DNA of 64,000 nucleotides from positions 9,300,001-9,364,000 of the forward strand of contig CM102290.1 of assembly GCA_046563655.1 (NCBI GenBank). Reading direction: 5' to 3'. The notes under the pieces were generated by a model. It did not search any database. It was not told the DNA's origin and saw only the letters and a program-made list of their open reading frames with translations. The stretch is from Yuukianura sp. NJ FZ-2021 (lineage: Eukaryota). Position 1 is the stretch's first letter. Every line of letters starts with the position of its first letter. This document shows, one piece after another, positions 11,901-24,869 of the stretch. Made by a program: the position numbers and the translations under genes.

Positions 11901-14900
11901 GCTTTCTCCGGCAAGAGCCCATCGTACTTCTAGTCCTAGGCGGTCGTAGAGCACTTCGCAGTTTAGTTTCGTCTGTTAAACAAAATGTTCACAGTTTTTA
12001 TTACATTTAAAATGAATTCATCGATTCGATTTTTTTCATTTTATTCATTTTCAGGGAAACAAGAAAAGAATTGATTGGCTTCTGCTGAAGTATTTGATGA
12101 AGATTTGGATCAAAGTTCTCCTGTCTTTCGACCACTCCAATTAAATTACTCATCTGCCATATTAATTAGCAACTTCAAATCATTTCTCATTTCTTTCTGG
12201 AGAAAATCTCTTGAGAACTTTCTCTTCCATTTCTGCCGTTCTCAAATTCTCTCCAAGCCTTGACTACACAAGCCTTTGAGCCGTTGATTTCGTTAGGAAC
12301 ATGAAATGTCAGAGGTCAAAGACAAATGTGAAATGGAATTGACGGTTGGTTCGAACTGTTCAGAACAGAACATGGGTTGTAGGAGAGCCAGGGACGCTGA
12401 ATTTGGGCTGATTGTGCCCGGGAAAGGTCAGACTAGTTTTTTTTTCATTATGAGACAAAGGGAGAGAAAGCTTTGATCGCACTTCGCCCCAGCTCTGGGG
12501 GCCGTCGACCCTCTGGGGAATCCAGAACGAACTAAAGTGCTCATTTTTTTTCTTAGATTCTGAGTATTCCTATCAGAAATGTTTTTATTCCTCCTAACAT
12601 GCGGGTTTTGCTTTTGAAAAAAGTGGGAAAACACGGATGAGGGAACATTTCAAATCCTAGCATGAAATCCATCTCTTCTGAATCCCATCAAAGGAAAAGT
12701 AACTTTATCCATAACCAAATTCACAACAATGGAAATGGAAGTAAAGAGTAGTGAAAGTGAACTTGTTCCTGAAGCCCAACCTAAAGGTTTCACTGCGTCT
12801 AGAGACTTGTGCTTATCCCTCTGTTATGAAAACCTTCATCTGCACTTGGAGCAGTCTTATCCAGAACTTTCTCCTGGGTCCAACAGCACCAAAGTATTGA
12901 TTGGAACTAATCTCGGAGTGCTCAGTTTCAAAGCTTAGAACCGCAAACACTTCTGTGATGGACTCACAATCAACTTAGGCTTGTCGCAAAGAGAAAATGG
13001 AGAAAGGAACCCTAATCTTCGACGCCCACTGTCCCCGACCTCATTCAAATGCTGAGCCCCTTCGGGCTTCGGCCACTTTAAATGTCAGAGATTGGGTGAT
13101 TGGTACAAATTCAATGCTCTAGTATGGCAAAGGACTTTCTCCCTCTCGCAGACTCTACGCCGTAAAGTCTACGGGTAGGTAGGCTAACCTTTAACCTTTG
13201 GATGGCACTAGACTGTATGTTGTGGCGTGTGCCAAGATTGTTCCTGGCAGAATCCCTTTTACTGGAAGACGGACAGCTATAAATCTTCGGGCATTCCAGC
13301 TGGAATCCAGGCAGGAGCGAAGTGCGTGAGTAGCATGTAAGAAATGGGTGGGAAAAATGGATTAGGGATATGGGGCCTAATAGAATTTCATGAAAGAACT
13401 GAACGGTGGACCGACGATGAGGGATATATAAAGGAACAGGGAATTTGTCTCAACAACTTTCACGGGAGATAAATTAGGGCACAGCCTACTGAAAGCACAC
13501 TTTCACTACAAGCATATTCCAATTTTTAGGTGCAAATTCCACTTTTCCTGACTAGAGGCTTCAAGTACTAGAAGAGTTGAGGGAAATTCAAAGTGGTGAC
13601 TCACCTGCGGAGTCACGCCGAGCATTCGAAGTGACGGAGGAACGTTGATGCTTTGTGGTATTCGAACGTGTCCAAAATCCACATAGTACAAACGACACCA
13701 GACGCCAAAAAAGTCTATTAAAATATGGAAAAGTAACGTGAAAAGTTATTTTACATTAATAGTTACATTTGGTTACAATGCTTCAACAAATTTTTGCGAA
13801 GATTTGTTGCAAAACTTTTTTTTTCTTTTGCAAAACGAAAAGTATGTTTTTAATTATAGTAGGGCCGTTTTCTCAATCCGAAGTTTTGTGTGGAGGAGAT
13901 CCATTTCCATCATACTACAAAACTTCGGATTGAGAAAACGGCCCGACTTTAGTTATGTTAACCAAGGTTCCTAAACAGAGCAAATGTTTTTTTCTACACC
14001 AGGTTGTCCAATAACTCGGGTTTTTCAATTTTTCGCCAAATTTTTCAAAAACCAATCGGGTTAAACTTTGCCTCCATTTCTATGACAATTTTTGAGTTTT
14101 TTTTCCTTTGATTTTAATCCTATGCGATTTCAAGTGTTCCAAGTTTGAAAAAAAAAATGGGGAAAGTGTATAAACAAAATTGGTGCGAAAAGCTGTTTGA
14201 AGCTAGATTTTTGAAAACCCTGAGTTAGTGGATAACCTGTTGTAGAAAAGACAATTCCGTTGTCAAGGAACCTTGATGTTAACTGTACCAATATCAAAAA
14301 TTGTCAAGTCCCCGGGAAGGTTGAGCACCATAGTCTTCTTGTCGGATTTCATCAGGGCCGTCTCTCCGCCAATTTCATCTCCCACCCGAGTTCCGTCTGG
14401 TCCCAATTTTCCTTTACCCACCCAAAAATGAACGTCCGGTGCTTGTCCATCATAACTAAAGTCTGGAACAAGAATTGTTTGAGCATCTACAACAACAATG
14501 GGCCCAGAAGAGACGCCGTGTTGACCCGAAAGTGACCCAATGACATGCGGTTGGGGAAAGTCCAAGTCAGATGGAATGTAGAGGTCACCAAAGTTTACCT
14601 AAGAACCACATTAATCAATCTCAATCACTTTCACCGGTGGAACTTAATAACTTTGTGAGTCGCCCTCTTCAAATCCTTCACACTGACCTCATAAGCACGA
14701 CACCATACGGCCAGCCACTTGACATCTTTTAGACTCAATCCGTCAGGAAGTGTCAGTGTTATGTCGTCATTGTTGTAAGCACCTAGGACACCCTTGCTAA
14801 CAATACACAAAAGAATGCAGACTCAGAAGCTCCATTTCATTTCAAACAGTAACTTTAAAAGCTTTTTAAAAAAAAAATTACGGCTAGTTAAGTTATGTTA

Positions 14901-17900
14901 GTCTACTTTGTGGTAAGGTAGACTTACGAGCCCTTTTCGTTGGGAACAATGAGGCCTTGTGGACTGGTGTACTCAGTGAATCCTGTCCAGAAGAAAGCGT
15001 CTACAAAGTAAAAAGTAAAAAGTTATCACATGACTTTGACATGGATTTCATCACTTTCACTCTCCTTGGGGTAGATGATGGGTGTCAAATGGAGTGAGAA
15101 CGAAGTGTCTTTTGCAATAACTGTTCGTTAGGAGACCCATTCTTTGGAAAATGACAGTCTTTGAGTTTTATGTTACGAAGATTTAATGAGAAAATGAAGG
15201 TTTTTATGGATGCCACTGGAAGTGGCACTGGTTTGATACTTCGCCTACCCTATTTAAATTGGCAGTACTAGTTGGAAGGAGGGGCGGGGAAGATACCGAG
15301 ATGCTGGAGATGTCCAGACGGATTGAATTTGACATGTTGGCCATTAAGGGTTCTCTCTAGAGACAGAGAGCTGTGAGTATGCCCTCTACATGACTTTGAA
15401 ACAAAAGTTTTTTTTTTCTTTTTTGGAAATTGGATCCTTGTAATAAATGGGTGAAAGTGGAGTAGAGTAGGTTTCGTTGTTGAGCCTAATGGATAGTGAC
15501 AGCGTGACACCGTGGACGAGCGTCGAAACCATGGCCTGCGGAGAGTGATGTCAACTTGTGTCCAGCCTGTTGGTCCATTAAGGATTCAATTGGAAGAAAG
15601 TAATTGGGTAACTTTACCTGGTCCAGTTCCATCGTAAGTGAAACCGCGGATGTGAACTGTGCGTGCATCCACGGCGTATACTTCACCGCTGACCTTGTGC
15701 TGTCGAGAAGACAGGCGCCCCATGTACTTCCCACGGTACAACTCACCCGCATTAGAGCTCCAGACTCCGACAAATCCTGGGAATTCCAAACAAGGACAGC
15801 TTACTAATTGACTTTTAACAGGAATTGACTTCCACACTAATTATTTATGGACTTCGCTTTGTTTTTCCTGTAGTACTTTTGCCTTTGTAGCATCAAAACC
15901 TTTAGTGAAATTACAAAACTGACTCTTTGAGAACAGAGCACTCAAAATTTAGCAAAGTAATTTGGTTGAAATTTGTTCCAGAGTGGAAAGTAAAAATGTT
16001 TTCAAAAACTCCAAAACTTTTCCGATTTGTTTTACACAAAGAAAAATGCTGACGTAAAAAAATCGCGTAACTTTCTCTTGGCTTTCTCTCACTTCCTATG
16101 ACTCCGTTCAGATTTATACTTTCAGACATTTTTCCAATTTTACAACGGTTCCAACCGCTCGAATTTTCTGCCAGTCAAGGAGTAATACTGCACTCCAGGG
16201 ATAATATCATACAATAAGGTTTATGGCGTAAGTTACAACAGCATCGATAGAGGAACAATTCAACGTCAGACGTCAAAGCATTGAATACACCGCCGATGGT
16301 AACCGCAAAGCTTTTGCTTTGGAAAACTGAAACTGAATTGTTAACAGCACTAATTCGACACAATAACAGCCACCACAAAACTGCTAAACGGAATTGAAGA
16401 AATAATGTGGCAATAGTTCAGATTTTTGGATCCTTCGACCAAACTTTTGGCAATTAAATTGGAAAGTTTGCTTAATTTGAAAATTCCATACTGAACTTCA
16501 TACAACAAGAAAAACTTTGACGAAAAATTCTGGGACATCGAGAATATTATTTTGGTAATTTTTTTTGAACATTTGGAGTAGCCGTTTTACTCCAGCGGTT
16601 TTTGACTGCTTTTTTTTTTGCTTTTGGCAGTCGTACTTTCGCAATGGATGTGCCCAGTATGATGTAAGACAAAGTAAGTAAGAAGTAAATATGACGACGA
16701 GTGACACATGAACGGACCCTGGATAGCGTTCCTGTGTGTGTGACCCCATTTTTCATTTCCTTGGTTCAAGATGAGACAAGGGCCTTAAGGGGACTCTAGG
16801 GGCTCTTCACCAAAATTATGACGAAAGGGCGATGGCGCAGATCCGCTGAAGAATTCCAATGGAGCAGCAGCAGCCCAGGCCTCGTGCGCGGTTTTAAAGG
16901 TCGTGGTTTGTCCTATCTCATAGCTTGGAATGTTCCCGGGTTCTGGTGCTGGATCGAAATCCGAATTTTGAGAGGCAGCATAGGGTAGGTCTCCTAGAGT
17001 TCTTCCCTTTGAAATGGAATCTGAATGTAAACAAAGATGAAGGAACCAAATCTGGGTAAAAGGCCAGAACTTTCTTTGTTTTCTCCGAACTGCTTCAACC
17101 ACTTTCTCCACTTAATTGAAACAATGGGCACGAAAACAAAGGACGCCACCAAGGACCAAAAGCAAATCCCTTCCCAACCGCATTACGATAGATCGTGCTT
17201 TACCACAAACATTTATCCAAAAGTTTTGGATCTAAATTCAAAAAAGAATCGGAAAAAGAAGTGTAGGAAAGGAAAGAAAATTTTAAAAAAAAACACCACT
17301 ATAAGGTCCCTCCTGATGACTATTTCAAAAAAAAATTTTTTTTGTGTTTCACCGGTAGGCTTTCTTGTGTGAAAATTTTGTGTTCGATTTAAGTGATGCC
17401 TGCGGGGTGTGTTTTATCGGCTCTGAATATTTTCCTTTGTTACAGTACTTCCTTCTACGAAAGAGAAATTAATAAAAACCTCAAGAGAGTAGTTAGCAAA
17501 TTAATAATCACAACTCAGGTTCTGTTCCTTTTTGGATGATGAATTACTAGTTGAAAAGGCTTCATGACGTCAAAAGTTTAGTTTCACCTTTTAAAGATTC
17601 ACCAATTCAAATTCTAGATTAAACTTTGACTAGAAGACGAGAACCTTCTATGTCAACAGAACCAAACAAAAGAAGTGGTGGTGAAAGCGGTGGTGCATTA
17701 GGTGGACAATTAGCAATAGACTGTGTAATCATCGCTTGAAGACATGAAAGGCTTACAATTAGATTTTGTTAATTGTCTTTTCAAAGAATAACTTTCTGAA
17801 GTTATGGTTGTTGTGTGCAAAACAAGAATAAATTGAAAACCTTAAGATTTTAGATTAGATCAAATGATGTACGACACGGCCAATTCAATCCAGATTATGA

Positions 17901-19041
17901 AAATCATGAAATATTCTGGAAACAGGATCCAGCCGAACTTTTGTTTTTTTTAGGATGAACGTCTTTGAAGTTCAAGTTGGCAGAAATAATATTGGATTTT
18001 AGCCAATCATGAACAAGACAATTACATGACATTAGAATTGAGCTAAATTGTGTAGCCACCGCACTGGTTTTTCTTTTGCCACAAATCATGTTCACCGACT
18101 TTGAAATGAATTGGCCGAAATGACTGAGGCGGAAATGAACTCGACTTCACTTTGAGTGAAGATTGGGCACTTACTCACATGGAAGATCAAGATTCCTTTG
18201 TAGAAGAATGCACAGGGGACAAGAGTAGGTGAGACTCCCGTTAGAACTCAATGAATGTACACAAATTAACAAGATTCAAATGATAGGGAATCAAGTTCTA
18301 AAGGATTTGGCCTCAGAAGATGAGTCTCAGCATCTCCATGGCAACGGAGACTAGAGATCATGTTCCTCATACTTACAAAACCTCATCATCAGCAAAAGAT
18401 GACTATCATCATCCCTCTCCGGTGCGTCTCCATGTCAACCACAAGGGGATGACATAATCCGCTCATCTTCAACCAAAGGAACCTGACAAGCCACTAGGTT
18501 CCAAAACCGTTAAGATTCAAAATTCATTTCGCCAAGAATTTTCCTCTTCAAAAACTCATTTGCCAAGTAAAACTTCTGCGAAAGTCTCCTGGACAAGGAC
18601 TCAAAGCTTGAGCAGAACCTTGTCTTTTCCCTATGCGGTCTGATTAAATGTTCAAGTTTTCACTGGACTTTATGAAAGTTTGAACTATGAAACTGAAGTT
18701 GAAGTTTTAGAACTAAGGCTGCTCTCACAAAATGGCACCCACTGGCTATCCTAATCATTACGGTGCGGGAGCTTTTCAAGATTAATCACTCTTAAATCAG
18801 ACGAGAAAAGAGACCTTGGGCTAAAAAAGCCTACTTTTTAGAATGCACAAATTAAGTCATCAAAGTGTGCCCAAAGTTTGCACGTCTTTTTCAAAAGTTT
18901 TTGCAAACATTTCAAGCTCAGATTTAAATCTGGAGGCAGTTTGGAAGAGAGCTGATAAAATGTCAGCAGTAAAGAAAGTAGTAACAACTTACCGGAGAAA
19001 ATAACGAACACAGGAAAGAGAATAGACGTCATGTCGCCCAT
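8976..19041 (-). CDS. Skeletor: Skeletor/Knickkopf-family secreted protein (signal peptide, two DM13 domains, DOMON domain, C-terminal conserved domain, Pro/Ser/Tyr-rich tail)
   Basis: Phase-consistent GT-AG exons: 19041-18993, 15776-15618, 15000-14928, 14796-14688, 14598-14289, 13714-13605, 11972-11688, 11593-11398, 11209-10910, 10802-10750, 10619-10479, 10375-10315, 10241-10174, 10094-10023, 9841-9672, 9585-9471, 9395-8976 (3' end provisional). The N-terminus MGDMTSILFPVFVIFSGFVGVWSSNA looks like a signal peptide. DM13 motifs: HKVSGEVYAVDARTVHIRGFTYDGTGPDAFFW and FSYDGQAPDVHFW...FGVWC. Linker NVPPSLRMLGVTPQTKLNCEVL, DOMON YISFGLSG..MVGGDVVLAW, then GWGIAWYINGLLVPE, HPFYITDD and WTPDANTPDTVYYQCYTHRYLGWKI. 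Confidence 0.9.
13862..13944. repeat. Perfect 28-bp inverted repeat (hairpin, mini-MITE-like) in a Skeletor intron
   Basis: GGGCCGTTTTCTCAATCCGAAGTTTTGT (13862-13889) is the exact reverse complement of 13917-13944; spacer 27 nt. Confidence 0.85.
13990..14249. mobile_element. MITE-like non-autonomous element with degenerate ~38-bp terminal inverted repeats
   Basis: Left end TTTTCTACACCAGGTTGTCCAATAACTCGGGTTTTTCAA versus reverse complement of the right end TTTTCTACAACAGGTTATCCACTAACTCAGGGTTTTCAA. The interior is AT-rich and non-coding. Confidence 0.6.
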
Positions 19042-19997
19042 AGGTCACGCACTCAAACGACTACGGTGACAAGATGACAGCGTCCAGAATCAAACTAACC
19101 ACTGAGCAGTGGACCTAACAACTGATTGACCAAACCTGAATGAAGATCCATCGTTTTGACTAAAGATCAGAGGTATAAGCGCGTCTTTTGTACAATTGAA
19201 GGGAGAAGAAGCCTGAGGACATGGTCACTTTACCTTTTGTAGTAAAACAATGGTGTTTTAAATGAATTCAAACTTGAAGTTCATTTAACTAAAATCGTCA
19301 TCAGGGACAAGAACACAAAAGAGGTTCAAGCAATTTACTTATTTCAAAATTTAAGCAAATCATTTCTGCAATTTATGTCATTTGAAAAAGTCAATGGCAA
19401 CCTTAATTTTTTAGAAACTGCAGACTAACCTAACTGCAAGTTAGTACTTGATACCAATCGAAATGCATTTTGCAACATAACGCCAACAAAGTAGACAATT
19501 GTGGTTGGGAAGCCTTGGTTGATTTTTAACTTAAATGATTGATCGTGAACGCAGAGTATGACTTTGCGATTTGTTTTGGTGTCAAACATTGTTGTACTTG
19601 TAAAGGTAACGTAAAGCTAACAATGATTTGTAGTGAGCAATAATACAAGCCAATCCGCAGTGAAGCGTGTATTAATCTTTTCAAAATAATCGTTTTTACA
19701 ATAAAAAGTGAAACTGTAAATAGATGCTGGTGAACACATTTTCGAGGTCGAAATATGTGCCAATTCTTTTCAAGACAGGAATTTTAAACCGTACAAAAAA
19801 TTCGTGAAGGTGCGAATTTTTGTTTCAAGCAAGTGCGACATGATTGCATTCTGCTTCACTGCCATCTACCGTGGAAATGCTTACCGTGGCGTCGGTATCG
19901 CAAAGTTGTATTTTCCATTCCATCCATCCTCTGGAGAAATTAACTTAGGTAGGATTCAAGGTTGCTATAGCGACCATTTATACTAAAATGGCGTAAG

Positions 19998-20206
19998 AGG
20001 TTATGTCATAACTCCGATTTAAAAAAACAAGAAAAAACAACTTTTGTACCAATTTTGTACCAATTTTGTTGATTTTCACAATAATCTTTTAAATTTCTCG
20101 TTGCTGAGTCATAGTTTTGATTTCGAATTGCTAACGCAACGGAGCCGCGTCAGAAGCGCGGTTCAAAAAATTTGAAAAAGAAAATAACGGAGTTTTGACA
20201 TAACCT
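19998..20206. mobile_element. MITE-like element with 19-bp inverted repeats and an internal GC hairpin
   Basis: AGGTTATGTCATAACTCCG (19998-20016) pairs 18/19 with CGGAGTTTTGACATAACCT (20188-20206). There is an internal hairpin GAGCCGCG-tcagaag-CGCGGTTC near 20142-20164 and a short TTTTGTACCAA duplication. Confidence 0.55.
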
Positions 20207-20733
20207 TCTAAGAAGAAATAAACAAAATTTCGAGTTAAACAAGCTTGGGTAGGATTAGTAACTACAAAAAGCTTTGTTAATTACATTGAAAATTAGTTCA
20301 ATCTAAGGTGTAAATTACAATGGTTGATTATTTTATTGCCGAAAACGTTATTGAACAAAAAACTACTCAACTCAACGTAAAATTCTGTGCAACCAGAGAC
20401 ATCTTCTCGCCCGAATGGTTACCTGAATAAGAATTTCACCTCAATCAAAACAATGCAAATTAGTATACAGCAAAATTTCCAATAAAATCCAAAGCAATAA
20501 CTCACGGCACAACTGCCTTGATCGGAGTAAGTTACTCTTGGCGAGTGTTGCGATTGTACCTCGTATATCTACACTGGTTTAGTAAATTATTAGTAATAAT
20601 TTATTACTATTGCATTATGTTCGGTGCGATGAACGCACCGAACATAACTTTTGACCTAAACGCATGCTCGCATTGTTATGCCATACATGCCGAAATAATT
20701 TCTTTATATCATAAGGAAACGGGGAAATCCTTC

Positions 20734-23700
20734 ACATAATTCCAAATTCCAAAAAGTTAAAAGTTTAGTAGGAAAATCACTCTTTTTAAATAACATAATT
20801 CCAAATTCCAAAAAGTTAAAAGTTTAGTAGGAAAATCACTCTTTTTAAATAACATAATTCCAAATTCCAAAAATGTAACAATACTTTCACATTTTCCTCT
20901 CCAATTTCACACCATAAGGTGTGACACCCAAATTGGGGCTAAATTTTTACAATTTGTCCGTGGCATTTATATTGATATATAGTATAGCCTAAAATTTTTA
21001 CTTGATGTCCCAATTCCAAATTCCAAAAAGTTAAAAGTTTAGTAGGAAAATCACTCTTTCTAATCAACTAAATTCCAAATTCCAAAAAGTTAAAAGTTTA
21101 GTAGGAAAATCACTCTTTCTAATCAACTAAATTCCAAATTCCAAAAAGTTAAAAGTTTAGTAGGAAAATCACTCTTTTTAAATAACATAATTCCAAATTC
21201 CAAAAAGTTAAAAGTTTAGTAGGAAAATCACTCTTTTTAAATAACATAATTCCAAATTCCAAAAAGTTAAAAGTTTAGTAGGAAAATCACTCTTTTTAAA
21301 TAACATAATTCCAAATTCCAAAAAGTTAAAAGTTTAGTAGGAAAATCACTCTTTCTAATCAACATAATTCCAAATTCCAAAAAGTTAAAAGTTTAGTAGG
21401 AAAATCACTCTTTTTAAATAACATAATTCCAAATTCCAAAAAGTTAAAAGTTTAGTAGGAAAATCACTCTTTTTAAATAACATAATTCCAAATTCCAAAA
21501 AGTTAAAAGTTTAGTAGGAAAATCACTCTTTTTAAATAACATAATTCCAAATTCCAAAAAGTTAAAAGTTTAGTAGGAAAATCACTCTTTTTAAATAACA
21601 TAATTCCAAATTCCAAAAAGTTAAAAGTTTAGTAGGAAAATCACTCTTTTTAAATAACATAATTCCAAATTCCAAAAAGTTAAAAGTTTAGTAGGAAAAT
21701 CACTCTTTTTAAATAACATAATTCCAAATTCCAAAAAGTTAAAAGTTTAGTAGGAAAATCACTCTTTTTAAATAACATAATTCCAAATTCCAAAAAGTTA
21801 AAAGTTTAGTAGGAAAATCACTCTTTTTAAATAACATAATTCCAAATTCCAAAAAGTTAAAAGTTTAGTAGGAAAATCACTCTTTTTAAATAACATAATT
21901 CCAAATTCCAAAAAGTTAAAAGTTTAGTAGGAAAATCACTCTTTTTAAATAACATAATTCCAAATTCCAAAAAGTTAAAAGTTTAGTAGGAAAATCACTC
22001 TTTTTAAATAACATAATTCCAAATTCCAAAAAGTTAAAAGTTTAGTAGGAAAATCACTCTTTTTAAATAACATAATTCCAAATTCCAAAAAGTTAAAAGT
22101 TTAGTAGGAAAATCACTCTTTTTAAATAACATAATTCCAAATTCCAAAAAGTTAAAAGTTTAGTAGGAAAATCACTCTTTCTAATCAACATAATTCCAAA
22201 TTCCAAAAAGTTAAAAGTTTAGTAGGAAAATCACTCTTTTTAAATAACATAATTCCAAATTCCAAAAAGTTAAAAGTTTAGTAGGAAAATCACTCTTTTT
22301 AAATAACATAATTCCAAATTCCAAAAAGTTAAAAGTTTAGTAGGAAAATCACTCTTTTTAAATAACATAATTCCAAATTCCAAAAAGTTAAAAGTTTAGT
22401 AGGAAAATCACTCTTTTTAAATAACATAATTCCAAATTCCAAAAAGTTAAAAGTTTAGTAGGAAAATCACTCTTTTTAAATAACATAATTCCAAATTCCA
22501 AAAAGTTAAAAGTTTAGTAGGAAAATCACTCTTTTTAAATAACATAATTCCAAATTCCAAAAAGTTAAAAGTTTAGTAGGAAAATCACTCTTTTTAAATA
22601 ACATAATTCCAAATTCCAAAAAGTTAAAAGTTTAGTAGGAAAATCACTCTTTTTAAATAACATAATTCCAAATTCCAAAAAGTTAAAAGTTTAGTAGGAA
22701 AATCACTCTTTTTAAATAACATAATTCCAAATTCCAAAAAGTTAAAAGTTTAGTAGGAAAATCACTCTTTCTAATCAACTAAATTCCAAATTCCAAAAAG
22801 TTAAAAGTTTAGTAGGAAAATCACTCTTTTTAAATAACATAATTCCAAATTCCAAAAAGTTAAAAGTTTAGTAGGAAAATCACTCTTTTTAAATAACATA
22901 ATTCCAAATTCCAAAAAGTTAAAAGTTTAGTAGGAAAATCACTCTTTCTAATCAACTAAATTCCAAATTCCAAAAAGTTAAAAGTTTAGTAGGAAAATCA
23001 CTCTTTCTAATCAACATAATTCCAAATTCCAAAAAGTTAAAAGTTTAGTAGGAAAATCACTCTTTTTAATCAACATAATTCTAAATTCCAAAAAGTTAAA
23101 AGTTTAGTAGGAAAACCACTCTTTCTAATCAACTAAATTCCAAATTCCAAAAAGTTAAAAGTTTAGTAGGAAAATCACTCTTTTTAAATAACATAATTCC
23201 AAATTCCAAAAAGTTAAAAGTTTAGTAGGAAAATCACTCTTTCTAATCAACTAAATTCCAAATTCCAAAAAGTTAAAAGTTTAGTAGGAAAATCACTCTT
23301 TTTAAATAACATAATTCCAAATTCCAAAAAGTTAAAAGTTTAGTAGGAAAATCACTCTTTTTAAATAACATAATTCCAAATTCCAAAAAGTTAAAAGTTT
23401 AGTAGGAAAATCACTCTTTTTAAATAACATAATTCCAAATTCCAAAAAGTTAAAAGTTTAGTAGGAAAATCACTCTTTTTAAATAACATAATTCCAAATT
23501 CCAAAAAGTTAAAAGTTTAGTAGGAAAATCACTCTTTTTAAATAACATAATTCCAAATTCCAAAAAGTTAAAAGTTTAGTAGGAAAATCACTCTTTTTAA
23601 ATAACATAATTCCAAATTCCAAAAAGTTAAAAGTTTAGTAGGAAAATCACTCTTTTTAAATAACATAATTCCAAATTCCAAAAAGTTAAAAGTTTAGTAG

Positions 23701-24869
23701 GAAAATCACTCTTTTTAAATAACATAATTCCAAATTCCAAAAAGTTAAAAGTTTAGTAGGAAAATCACTCTTTTTAAATAACATAATTCCAAATTCCAAA
23801 AAGTTAAAAGTTTAGTAGGAAAATCACTCTTTTTAAATAACATAATTCCAAATTCCAAAAAGTTAAAAGTTTAGTAGGAAAATCACTCTTTTTAAATAAC
23901 ATAATTCCAAATTCCAAAAAGTTAAAAGTTTAGTAGGAAAATCACTCTTTTTAAATAACATAATTCCAAATTCCAAAAAGTTAAAAGTTTAGTAGGAAAA
24001 TCACTCTTTTTAAATAACATAATTCCAAATTCCAAAAAGTTAAAAGTTTAGTAGGAAAATCACTCTTTTTAAATAACATAATTCCAAATTCCAAAAAGTT
24101 AAAAGTTTAGTAGGAAAATCACTCTTTTTAAATAACATAATTCCAAATTCCAAAAAGTTAAAAGTTTAGTAGGAAAATCACTCTTTTTAAATAACATAAT
24201 TCCAAATTCCAAAAAGTTAAAAGTTTAGTAGGAAAATCACTCTTTTTAATCAACATAATTCCAAATTCCAAAAAGTTAAAAGTTTAGTAGGAAAATCACT
24301 CTTTCTAATCAACTAAATTCCAAATTCCAAAAAGTTAAAAGTTTAGTAGGAAAATCACTCTTTTTAAATAACATAATTCCAAATTCCAAAAAGTTAAAAG
24401 TTTAGTAGGAAAATCACTCTTTTTAAATAACATAATTCCAAATTCCAAAAAGTTAAAAGTTTAGTAGGAAAATCACTCTTTTTAAATAACATAATTCCAA
24501 ATTTCAAAACGTTAAAAATTTAGTAGGAAAATCACTCTTTTTAAATAACATAATTCCAAATTTCAAAACGTTAAAAGTTTAGTAGGAAAATCACTCTTTT
24601 TAAATAACATAATTCCAAATTTCAAAACGTTAAAAATTTAGTAGGAAAATCACTCTTTTTAAATAACATAATTCCAAATTTCAAAACGTTAAAAATTTAG
24701 TAGGAAAATCACTCTTTTTAAATAACATAATTCCAAATTTCAAAACGTTAAAAATTTAGTAGGAAAATCACTCTTTTTAAATAACATAATTCCAAATTTC
24801 AAAACGTTAAAAATTTAGTAGGAAAATCACTCTTTTTAAATAACATAATTCCAAATTTCAAAAAGTTAA
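20734..24869. repeat. Tandem satellite array, 59-bp unit, about 67 copies
   Basis: Unit ACATAATTCCAAATTCCAAAAAGTTAAAAGTTTAGTAGGAAAATCACTCTTTTTAAATA. About 2.4 copies at 20734-20874, a ~135-bp interruption, then about 65 near-identical head-to-tail copies at ~21011-24869. Confidence 0.98.

Noticed and set aside
20734..24869. CRISPR-like array
   Set aside because: Units are head-to-tail with no unique spacers, there are no cas genes, and the context is eukaryotic.
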